Below, piece after piece: positions 10,562 to 18,542 of a stretch of 64,000 nucleotides of DNA; the stretch's first letter is position 1; each line of letters starts with the position of its first letter. The translations under genes were made by a program, and so were the position numbers. The notes under the pieces were generated by a model that made no database searches, was not told the origin of the DNA, and saw nothing but the letters and a program-made list of their open reading frames with translations. The DNA comes from Candidatus Uhrbacteria bacterium RIFCSPLOWO2_01_FULL_47_17. Its GTDB lineage: Bacteria; Patescibacteriota; Patescibacteriia; UBA9934; GWF2-40-263. The stretch spans positions 129,804-193,803 of the forward strand of contig MGEI01000004.1 in NCBI GenBank assembly GCA_001791305.1, given 5' to 3'.

Positions 10562-10691
10562 AAAAGGCATGACGGAATAATAGCGGATTATCGAAAAACG
10601 ATCAAGGGATCTTGACTGATTCTTATTGACGTCTTTACACGAGAATGTCAGAATACCCACCTCAAACGCTCTTTCATTATCGGAGGAAGTC

Positions 10692-11246
10692 ATGTCACAA
10701 ACCCATCGTGTTCTCTTGTCGGAAGATGATATCCTCGAAAAGATCGAGGGAATCGCGACGCAGATCTGCGAGGACTATCGCGGCCAGGAAGTGATTCTGG
10801 TCGGCATCCTGAAGGGTGCGTTCGTCTTTCTGTCCGACCTTGCGCGGGAAATCGAACATCAGAGCCAGGATGGCAAAGGCGTCAGTGCCTGCTTCGTTGA
10901 ATTCATGAGTATCTCGAGCTATGGCGATTCTCGCAAGCCGGGAGATATTCGCATCGAGCTCGATGTTCGCCAGTCGGTTCGTGGTCAAAACGTGATCATC
11001 GTCGAAGATGTCGCAGACTCGCTCGAAACGCTTTACCGTGTGCGCCAGATTCTTTCCGAAAAAGGCGCGGCAGAAATTCGTGTCGCGGTTCTGCTCGAGA
11101 AACCAGAAGGTCACAAACGCAGTGACGTCTCGCTCGACTACGTCTGCTTCCGCATCGAAAACGCCGGCTTCGTCTACGGCTACGGCATGGACGTCGCAGA
11201 AAAATCCCGCGCGCTTCCATTCGTCGCGGTCGCAGACCCGGAATAA
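10692..11246 (+). CDS. hpt: hypoxanthine phosphoribosyltransferase
   Basis: VGILKGAFVFLSDL, SISSYG, IIVEDVADS, FVYGYGMD; GGAGG SD before ATG 10692. Confidence 0.85.
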   Translation: MSQTHRVLLSEDDILEKIEGIATQICEDYRGQEVILVGILKGAFVFLSDLAREIEHQSQDGKGVSACFVEFMSISSYGDSRKPGDIRIELDVRQSVRGQNVIIVEDVADSLETLYRVRQILSEKGAAEIRVAVLLEKPEGHKRSDVSLDYVCFRIENAGFVYGYGMDVAEKSRALPFVAVADPE

Positions 11247-11277
11247 CTCACAACCCTCGAAGGGTTGTTTTTATATC

Positions 11278-11383
11278 CTTGAGGTACAGATTACAGATAA
11301 AAAATACAGATATACAGATGGGAAGAACAAGAGGACGAGAATTTGTATATCTGTATGCCGCCATTTGTAATCTGTACCTCAAG
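11278..11383. repeat. long imperfect inverted repeat built from TACAGAT units (MITE/REP-like)
   Basis: CTTGAGGTACAGATTACAGAT...ATACAGATATACAGAT pairs with ATTTGTATATCTGTAT...ATTTGTAATCTGTACCTCAAG. Confidence 0.75.
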
Positions 11384-11409
11384 CATTCACATGCTACAAT
11401 ACATTCATT

Positions 11410-11793
11410 ATGAACCCAGATGTATCTCGCTCGCTCGTGCTTTGGATCGTGATGTGTGTCGCGTTGTATTTTGGGATCGGATATTTTTTGGATCTCGAGA
11501 CTCTTCCTCGACTCCTGTTCACAACCAACTTCGTCACCTTCACGCTCGTGCTTCTCGACAAGATCGCCGCATCCGCGCGCATGCGACGTGTTCCGGAAAA
11601 GGTGTTGTACGTTGCCACGTTTTTCGGCGGCTCAATCGGCATGCTTGTCGGCATGTTTACCATTCGTCACAAATCACGAAAGACATCATTCCAATTTGTT
11701 GTCGGTGTTTTGGTGTTGCTCCAAATGATGATTTTGCTTTGGTATTTCAACCCAGAATTATTCACATCGTTTGGAGATTCAGGCATGCTATAA
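11410..11793 (+). CDS. DUF1294 family membrane protein
   Basis: 'DKIAA...RRVPEKVL...GGSIGMLVGMFTIRHKSRK'. Confidence 0.85.
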   Translation: MNPDVSRSLVLWIVMCVALYFGIGYFLDLETLPRLLFTTNFVTFTLVLLDKIAASARMRRVPEKVLYVATFFGGSIGMLVGMFTIRHKSRKTSFQFVVGVLVLLQMMILLWYFNPELFTSFGDSGML

Positions 11794-11821
11794 TGTTCCA
11801 CGTTGTTCTTAACCTATTGCT

Positions 11822-12175
11822 ATGCCTAACCTCGAGGAAGTTTATAAGCGTTTAGAGAAAAATAAAAAGCGAAAGCGTGAGATTGGGAAGATGATCATGG
11901 ATGAACTTTCGCACTCGAGCAGATATAAAGAAATCAAAGAAGAGTTGATGGCGCTTCGAGAAGAGAAAAAGGCGATTGAGCAAACCGTTCAAGCAGGGAA
12001 TCCGGATTTTAAGGAGATCGAAGAACTCAAGGCCGAAATTCAAACCGATTCTGAAGTTCTCTCGGATCTCGCGCTCAACATGTACATGAAAGATCAAACC
12101 GTCGAGATTGTCGATGATTACGACCAAAAATGGTACCCCCAGTTCAAAGTGGCATTTAAAAAGGGAAATGGCTAA
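11822..12175 (+). CDS. hypothetical coiled-coil protein
   Basis: 117-aa charged helical ORF followed by a terminator hairpin. Confidence 0.75.
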   Translation: MPNLEEVYKRLEKNKKRKREIGKMIMDELSHSSRYKEIKEELMALREEKKAIEQTVQAGNPDFKEIEELKAEIQTDSEVLSDLALNMYMKDQTVEIVDDYDQKWYPQFKVAFKKGNG

Positions 12176-12222
12176 AACAAAAAAGTTGTCAGAATCTGAC
12201 AACTTTTTTGTTTGTCAGACTA

Positions 12223-12251
12223 TTGACAAAATCGTCTTTTTCAGGTAGTGT
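12223..12251 (+). promoter_or_regulatory. sigma70-type promoter
   Basis: TTGACA (12223-12228), 17 bp, TAGTGT (12246-12251). Confidence 0.7.
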
Positions 12252-12336
12252 ATCGTCTTCGTCTTAAGATCGATCTGCGCCGTGCAATCGACTCAAAAGG
12301 CGATAACCCGGTGCCACAAGCACCACGGAGTTCGAC

Positions 12337-12480
12337 ATGGCTTACACCTGCAAATGCGGATATTCGACCCAGAAGGGCGGCAAGGCCGTCGACAAGCACG
12401 AGCGGACCTGCGGTGCGAACAAGAAGGCCAAGGAGTTCCGCGGCCACCTGAAGTCCGCCAACAAGAAGAAGGCGAAGTAG
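12337..12480 (+). CDS. 47-aa basic microprotein with C-x-C-x13-H-x3-C zinc-finger-like motif (not in ORF track)
   Basis: GGAG SD; MAYTCKCGYSTQKGGKAVDKHERTCGANKKAKEFRGHLKSANKKKAK; strongly biased codons (AAG, GCC). Confidence 0.75.
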   Translation: MAYTCKCGYSTQKGGKAVDKHERTCGANKKAKEFRGHLKSANKKKAK

Positions 12481-12910
12481 CTCGTTGCCAGTTCGGTGTT
12501 GTGTGCGGTTGAGGCTTTTGTTCTCGCCTGACGCTCTCGACGCCGTTTACGCCCCACCCACCGTGGGTGATTGAAAAACTTGATCGCATCCCACCCTCGC
12601 AATTTGAATCGTTTGGCGCTTGGTGGACTTGGATGCGCTATGATCAGGTGGCTGCGATTCTGTGTGGGCACACAGGTCCAGCCTCTCCCGGCGAACGCTC
12701 ATCGATTGGATGTGTCGCTTGTCGGGCAGAACGAGAGTGTGAAAACGCTCAAACCCTCGAGCATGCATCTCATGCTCACCCAGCCGTAGATCTGCTCGTC
12801 GCATGTTGCGATTGAGCGTGAAACGGTCGCCTGCGTCCGGTGGCAATGCCCTCCCCACGGGTCCACTGGCCAGGCCGAACGCTCAACCTGATCCTCATCC
12901 GATCAGGTTT
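12481..12910 (+). ncRNA. candidate multi-hairpin RNA (long 3' trailer), related to 40314-40790
   Basis: Run of GC-rich hairpins; GAACGAGAGTGTGAAAACGCTCAA at 12729-12752; terminal hairpin AACCTGATC-CTCATCC-GATCAGGTT plus T tract. Confidence 0.6.
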
Positions 12911-12948
12911 TCTTTTTCACAACAAAACCGCTCGTGTGAGCGGTTTTT

Positions 12949-14016
12949 TTACTTTGTCAGTTTCATACGTTCACCCGCATTTGGATGCGCGGCGTCTCTG
13001 TGTGCGATCGCGTCTTTCATGTCTGGGTCGAGGCGCATCTCTTCGAGAATGGTTTCGACTTCCTCTCGAGAAGGCGCGGTGTGCAATCGTTCTTTGTATT
13101 TTTTTGCGCCATCTAACCCTTTCAAATACCACGTAAGATGTTTGCGAAATGTTGTCACGGCTTTCTCGCCGTACTGTTCGATGTGTAATCCTAAGTGAAA
13201 ACGAATCGTGTCCACGCGTTCTTCGATCGAAATCACTTTTGGCGATTTGCCTATGAGCATTTCTTCGATCTGTGCAAAAATCCACGGATTGCCGAGAGCT
13301 CCGCGTGCGATCAGAATTCCGTCGCACTTAGTGTGCTCGAGCGCTTTCATGGCGAGTGGCGCTGTGAACATGTCGCCGTTTGCGAGAATCGGAATCGACA
13401 CGGTCTCTTTGAGCTTGCGAATCATTTCCCAATCCGATTCTCCCGAGTATCCCTGCATGCGCGTTCGGCCATGGACAGTGAGAAGATCGGCACCGGCTTC
13501 TTCGAGAGCCTTCGCAAAGGCAAAGCACTCTGTCGGATCACCCCAGCCGAGTCTAATCTTTACTGAGATGGGTTTCGAGGTAACAGCCTTCATGGCTTTG
13601 ACGATTGCGGCTGCGCGTTCCGGTTCCTTCATGAGTGATGCACCATTGAAATTACAAACAAGTTTGTAAACCGGACAACCCATGTTGATGTCGAATCCCT
13701 CGGGATTATGCTCGCGATCGATGATTCTCGTGGCCTCGGCCATCACGTCCGGATCACTTCCGAAGATTTGCTGCACAAGCGGACGCTCATCCGGATGAAT
13801 CTCCGTCATGTCGAGCGTCTTGTTATTTCCGCGAACAACCGCTTCTGCAGAGACCATTTCGCGAAACATCACAAAATTTGCGATGCGCGTTTCTACGTCC
13901 GCACCAGATTTACTCATGACATATTTTACGGTACGACAAAACGCCGAGTCGGTCATGTCGGCCATCGGTGAAAGCGCAATGATTGGGCGTGGAAGGTTTT
14001 TCCAGTTTAATTTCAT
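12949..14016 (-). CDS. dusB: tRNA-dihydrouridine synthase B
   Basis: LSPMADMTD, QIFGSDP, DINMGCP, SVKIRLGW, TVHGRT, ANGD, ARGALGNPWIF. Confidence 0.9.
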   Translation of the reverse strand: MKLNWKNLPRPIIALSPMADMTDSAFCRTVKYVMSKSGADVETRIANFVMFREMVSAEAVVRGNNKTLDMTEIHPDERPLVQQIFGSDPDVMAEATRIIDREHNPEGFDINMGCPVYKLVCNFNGASLMKEPERAAAIVKAMKAVTSKPISVKIRLGWGDPTECFAFAKALEEAGADLLTVHGRTRMQGYSGESDWEMIRKLKETVSIPILANGDMFTAPLAMKALEHTKCDGILIARGALGNPWIFAQIEEMLIGKSPKVISIEERVDTIRFHLGLHIEQYGEKAVTTFRKHLTWYLKGLDGAKKYKERLHTAPSREEVETILEEMRLDPDMKDAIAHRDAAHPNAGERMKLTK

Positions 14017-14027
14017 ATGTTGTGTTT

Positions 14028-14162
14028 GTAGGGGTGCCCCTTGTGGGTATCCATACGATCGGATATGAAAGATATCCCAAAATTGTTGGATGCACAAGGG
14101 ATGCATACCATGTTACACTATCCGCATCGTAAACAATGGGTACCCACCAGGGGTACCCCTAC
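14028..14162. repeat. inverted pair of GTAG-type REP elements (REPIN-like)
   Basis: GTAGGGGTGCCCCTTGTGGGTATCCA (14028-14053) and a reverse copy GTAGGGGTACCCCTGGTGGGTACCCA (14137-14162). Confidence 0.8.
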
Positions 14163-14166
14163 AGAT

Positions 14167-14781
14167 ATGTCAAAATTTTCCCACTTTCGCGAATACTTCC
14201 TCTTGAACATGAATGTCGTTGTTCGGTTCATGATTCTCTCTGATGTGATTTGGATGGGAGCCCTCGGGTTTTTGGGCCCCATTTTTTCTTTGTTTATTGT
14301 GGACTACATCGAAGGAGGAGACGCGCGCGTAGCTGGGTTTGCTGCAACCATTTATCTTTTGACCAAAAGTATTTTTCAAATTCCATTTGCGTCCATCATC
14401 GATAAAATCCGAGGGGAGAAAGATGATTTTTGGATTATGCTGATTGGTTCCATGATTTCGGCGTTGATTCCGCTTTCATATTTGTTTATTCATACGCCCA
14501 TGCAATTGTACATCGTCCAGTTCTTTTATGGACTCATGGTTGCCGCAACGTTCCCATCATTTATGGCGGTCATCTCTCGCCATATGGATAAGAACAAAGA
14601 GTGCAGCGAATGGGGAATCTATTTTACGCTTACAGATTTTAGTTCTGCCATTGCTGCAACCATTGGGGGAGTGATGGTGGCCACTTCTGGATTTCATCCG
14701 CTCATTATTGTGACCGTGATCGTGAGTCTTCTTGGAACATTTTTCCTCTATCCACTTCGCCCGTACATGCGGTTGAAATAA
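14167..14781 (+). CDS. half-size (about 6 TM) MFS-like transporter
   Basis: About 204 aa, six hydrophobic segments, 'IIDKIRGEKD' motif-A-like loop. Confidence 0.75.
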   Translation: MSKFSHFREYFLLNMNVVVRFMILSDVIWMGALGFLGPIFSLFIVDYIEGGDARVAGFAATIYLLTKSIFQIPFASIIDKIRGEKDDFWIMLIGSMISALIPLSYLFIHTPMQLYIVQFFYGLMVAATFPSFMAVISRHMDKNKECSEWGIYFTLTDFSSAIAATIGGVMVATSGFHPLIIVTVIVSLLGTFFLYPLRPYMRLK

Positions 14782-14785
14782 TTTT

Positions 14786-15424
14786 ATGAAAAAGCGTGCA
14801 CTTCCAATCCGGCATTATTTTTTACAGGAAATGAACCCGATTGTTCGTTGTCTTGTGATATCCGATATCGTCTGGCGCGGGAGTGTTGGATTTCTTGGGC
14901 CGATCTTTGCGTTGTTTATTGCGGGATTTATTGAGGGAGGCTCGGCAGAAGTTGTGGGGGTCGCGATGTCCATTTATTTATTCACAAAAAGTCTTTTTCA
15001 AATTCCGTTTTCAACGATCATCGACAAGATGAAAGGTGAGTTTGTGGATTTTTGGTTTATGTTTATCGGAACGATTGTTGGTGCTCTGTTGCCGCTTGCG
15101 TATTTGTTTATTCATACGCCCATGCAGCTTTATGTTGTTCAATTTTTTGCCGGTGTGTTTGCTGCTGCGGCATTTCCGTCGTTCATGGGATTATTCACAA
15201 AACATATTGATAAACAAAAAGAGGGAAGCGAATGGGGGATTTATTACACCCTGACGGATTTGTGTGCGGCTGCAACGGCTGTTATGGGTGGAACAATGGC
15301 CGTCATGTTCGGCTTCCGGACGTTGATCGTCGTCGTAGTTGTTGTGGGTGTCGCCGCATCTCTTTTTCTGTTGCCGATCCGCCTCTCTATTCGCCGTACA
15401 TCGGCAAAAAATAGGGGTCTTTAG
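14786..15424 (+). CDS. half-size (about 6 TM) MFS-like transporter, paralog of upstream gene
   Basis: Shares 'GFLGPIF', 'TKS.FQIPF..IIDK', 'YLFIHTPMQLY', 'SEWGIY.TLTD' with 14167-14781. Confidence 0.75.
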   Translation: MKKRALPIRHYFLQEMNPIVRCLVISDIVWRGSVGFLGPIFALFIAGFIEGGSAEVVGVAMSIYLFTKSLFQIPFSTIIDKMKGEFVDFWFMFIGTIVGALLPLAYLFIHTPMQLYVVQFFAGVFAAAAFPSFMGLFTKHIDKQKEGSEWGIYYTLTDLCAAATAVMGGTMAVMFGFRTLIVVVVVVGVAASLFLLPIRLSIRRTSAKNRGL

Positions 15425-15465
15425 ATGGTCGCTTGCCGATATTAATTCGTGTATACTGGGCACAT

Positions 15466-15849
15466 ATGAAAAAAAATGTTTCTTCTTGGATGCTTTATGC
15501 GGTTGCGGTTTTGGTCGTTGTGGGTCTTATTGGGTTTGTTCTGTCACAACAGTCCGCAAATGTTGATCCAAAAACAGACGCGTTTGCACAGTGCCTCACG
15601 GATCAAGGGGTGAAAATGTACGGCGCGTGGTGGTGTCCGCATTGCAAAGAACAAAAAGAATTGTTCGGAAAATCATTTTCAAAAATTGCCTACACAGAAT
15701 GTTCGGTTCCGGGTTCAAACGCCATGAATCAAACCTGTAAAGATGCAAAAATTGAAGGATATCCAACCTGGGAATTTAAAGATGGGACGCGCGTGAGTGG
15801 AGCGCAAACACTCGAGAACTTAGGAAAGAAAGCTGAATGCTCTCTATGA
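15466..15849 (+). CDS. membrane-anchored thioredoxin-like protein
   Basis: MYGAWWCPHC, IEGYPTW; type found fused to or beside VKOR. Confidence 0.85.
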   Translation: MKKNVSSWMLYAVAVLVVVGLIGFVLSQQSANVDPKTDAFAQCLTDQGVKMYGAWWCPHCKEQKELFGKSFSKIAYTECSVPGSNAMNQTCKDAKIEGYPTWEFKDGTRVSGAQTLENLGKKAECSL

Positions 15850-16307
15850 TGAAAAAATTAACGCATTGGATGGTTGGTCTTGCGATGGTCGGACTTGCTC
15901 TTTCGACCTATTCGTTTTTGCATAATCGTGGGTTTGTGTCTGGAAGTATTTGCACCATTAACGCCACCATCAATTGTGACATTGTAAACAAAGGCCCGTT
16001 CTCCGAATTTTTTGGCGTTCCTGTTGCGCTTATCGGTATCATCGGCTATTTGTTTTTGTTGATTGGATCACTCCTGAAAATAAAAACACCAAACGATCGT
16101 TCTCTCACTTTGTTTCTGTTTGGAATTGCGTGCGCCGGATTCGGATTCAGTCTCTATCTGACATCTATCGAAGCGACTATTCTCCATGCATGGTGTCTCA
16201 TTTGTGTGCTCTCACAACTCGCCATGCTCGGATTTATTGTTCTCATAACAAAACTCGCTCATGAGGAAAACCATTTTTCGTTTTTGAAAAAATTCTTCCT
16301 TCCCTAA
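15846..16307 (+). CDS. vitamin K epoxide reductase (VKOR) family protein
   Basis: C..C loop 'CTINATINCDIV', FGVPVALIG, WCLIC. Confidence 0.88.
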   Translation: MMKKLTHWMVGLAMVGLALSTYSFLHNRGFVSGSICTINATINCDIVNKGPFSEFFGVPVALIGIIGYLFLLIGSLLKIKTPNDRSLTLFLFGIACAGFGFSLYLTSIEATILHAWCLICVLSQLAMLGFIVLITKLAHEENHFSFLKKFFLP

Positions 16308-16327
16308 CTCCTCACCCCTTTCCCCTT

Positions 16328-17692
16328 ATGAAAATTTCGTTTTACGGTGCCGCGGAGGAAGTTACGGGATCTTGTCATTTACTGACAGCGAATGATGCAC
16401 ATGGCCAGGAACACCATTTGCTTATTGATTGCGGCATGTTTCAAGGCGAACAATTGTGCGCGACCAAAAACAAGAAACCGTTTGTGTTTGATGTTTCAAA
16501 GATCGACAGTGTTTTTGTAACACATCCACACGCAGACCATACAGGACGGTTGCCTGTTCTTGTCAAAGCCGGATTTAAAGGAAACATCTACCTGACAGAA
16601 CCGTGTCTCAGTCTCACACGTTTGGTTCTTGAGGATGCACATCATATCATGGAAGAGGACGCAAAGAAATGCGGAAGCCCAACCATTTATGAACTCGAAG
16701 ACTTGCACGGCGTATTTGATCAAGCGAAACAGGTTGCGTATCACGAAGAAGTAACGGTTGCTCCTGGAATTACGGTTATGTTTCATGATGCTGGTCACGT
16801 TCTTGGTTCCGCGTATATTTCAATCGAAGCAGAAGGGAAACGTGTTGTCTTCTCGGGAGATATTGGAAATGATGACGTGCCGATTCTTCCGCCAACAGAT
16901 CCCATCTCACATGCCGATGTAGTTGTGTGCGAATCGACCTACGGACACAGGGTTCACGAAGATCCAGCGACGCGTTCGAGTTTGTTGAAAGATGCTATGG
17001 TCGAATCGCTCAAACAAAATGGTGTTCTTCTTATTCCCGCATTCTCCATTGAGCGTACACAAGAAGTACTCTACGAAATGGATTTGATTTTACGTGAATT
17101 AAAAACCAAAGAACCGATTTACCTTGATAGCCCGATGGCGATTAAAGCCACACAGCTTTACCGCGATTTCAAAGCGTACCTCAGATTTCAATCGCCAATT
17201 CTCGATGAACCCGACCGCGACTTTTTCTCATTTCCAAATTTACACGAGACACTCTCGACCGATGCATCGAAGCAAATCAACGACGCGCCTGCACCAAAAA
17301 TCATCATTGCCGGTTCTGGCATGATGAACGGTGGGCGCATCATGCATCACCTTCAGCGATACTTGCCAATCGCATCGACAACGATTCTCGTGATTGGATA
17401 TCAGGCGGCAGGGACACTTGGTCGTCAGATTTTTGAAGGCGCAAAGACGGTCAGGATTTATGGAAAGCCCGTTGAAGTGCGTGCAAAGATTCAAGGAATC
17501 GGTGCGTTCTCCGCGCATGGAGATCAAAATAAACTCACGCGCTGGCTTAAACCGGAAGACGGCGTCATGCCAAAAAAGATTTTTTTGGTGCATGGAGATG
17601 AGGATGCGAAAGTGGAGTTTGCAAAGCATCTTCGTGAGGAGTTGAAGACGGAGGTGTTAATTCCGGGGGAAGGAGAGACACACGAATGTTAA
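16328..17692 (+). CDS. MBL-fold beta-CASP ribonuclease
   Basis: GAAEEVTGSCH, THPHADHTG, AGHVLGS, FSGDIG, ESTYG, FSAHGD, LVHGD. Confidence 0.92.
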   Translation: MKISFYGAAEEVTGSCHLLTANDAHGQEHHLLIDCGMFQGEQLCATKNKKPFVFDVSKIDSVFVTHPHADHTGRLPVLVKAGFKGNIYLTEPCLSLTRLVLEDAHHIMEEDAKKCGSPTIYELEDLHGVFDQAKQVAYHEEVTVAPGITVMFHDAGHVLGSAYISIEAEGKRVVFSGDIGNDDVPILPPTDPISHADVVVCESTYGHRVHEDPATRSSLLKDAMVESLKQNGVLLIPAFSIERTQEVLYEMDLILRELKTKEPIYLDSPMAIKATQLYRDFKAYLRFQSPILDEPDRDFFSFPNLHETLSTDASKQINDAPAPKIIIAGSGMMNGGRIMHHLQRYLPIASTTILVIGYQAAGTLGRQIFEGAKTVRIYGKPVEVRAKIQGIGAFSAHGDQNKLTRWLKPEDGVMPKKIFLVHGDEDAKVEFAKHLREELKTEVLIPGEGETHEC

Positions 17693-17718
17693 ACACAAAA
17701 CCGCTTGTATGAGCGGTT

Positions 17719-18312
17719 TTACTTTTTCAATCCGACAAAAACAATTTTTTGCATTGGCTTGTAATTTTGTTCCATGCCTTTTACACACGCACTCAGATAT
17801 TCTTTATGCGGCGCAACACTCCAGTCAATCGGTTGATACCCGATCGTACACACCATCAGATCGAGGAACAGACGAATTGTTCGGCCATTACCTTCACGAA
17901 ACGGATGAATCGCATTTAACTCGCAATGAACGAGCGCAATCTTTTTTGCGACGACAGACTTTGAATCCGTCTCGATCGGGATATTCTCTTGAAACAACTT
18001 CTCGAATTCTTTCATGACCTGAGTCAGATAATTCGATGAACAAAAAAGCGTTCCGTTCTTTGAGATATCGACCGTGCGGAGTTTGCCCGCCCAAGTGTAA
18101 AGTGTCCCGAGGAAGTATTGGTGGATTTCGAAGAGCAAAGCAAGATCAATTCTGAGCTTGCTTTCTCGAAGCGCATCCATAAAATGATCGTTTGTGCGTT
18201 GAAGAAGAAGGGTTTCCGTATCACCAAGATCTTTTTCATCTTTGATATCAAGTTTGTTGTTGAGAATCCATGCTTCATCGCCGGCAGCGTTATACCGAGA
18301 TTTTGATGCCAT
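17719..18312 (-). CDS. Fic-domain protein (class I FicT-like toxin)
   Basis: Canonical HPFREGNGRTIR motif. Confidence 0.92.
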   Translation of the reverse strand: MASKSRYNAAGDEAWILNNKLDIKDEKDLGDTETLLLQRTNDHFMDALRESKLRIDLALLFEIHQYFLGTLYTWAGKLRTVDISKNGTLFCSSNYLTQVMKEFEKLFQENIPIETDSKSVVAKKIALVHCELNAIHPFREGNGRTIRLFLDLMVCTIGYQPIDWSVAPHKEYLSACVKGMEQNYKPMQKIVFVGLKK

Positions 18313-18439
18313 ACTTTTTAAGTTTGCGAATCATCGCTATATTTTTTCTTGCACGAGCCAAACTCAACCCTTCCATTTTGGAAGACTGTGCGACTGCCTG
18401 GTCTCTCATTTTTTTGGTAATGACACGAGTTTTTTTCAT
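18290..18439 (-). CDS. FicA/VbhA/YhfG-like antitoxin, 49 aa
   Basis: MKKTRVITKKMRDQAVAQSSKMEG... carries the (S/T)xxxE(G/N) inhibitory motif and overlaps the fic start. Confidence 0.8.
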   Translation of the reverse strand: MKKTRVITKKMRDQAVAQSSKMEGLSLARARKNIAMIRKLKKYGIKISV

Positions 18440-18542
18440 ATTCGTTAACCCTATTTTATCACAAAATACTCGATGAGGCAAAAAGAAAAAACGTCCGCTG
18501 CGTTGCCTTTCGTCAATATTTCCGCTACGATACGCATCGACT

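Noticed and set aside
12547-12858. ORF-track ORFs over the hairpin array, and similar ones at 39936-40836
   Set aside because: No SD or recognisable motifs, and several overlap on both strands; best explained as by-products of GC-rich structured sequence.
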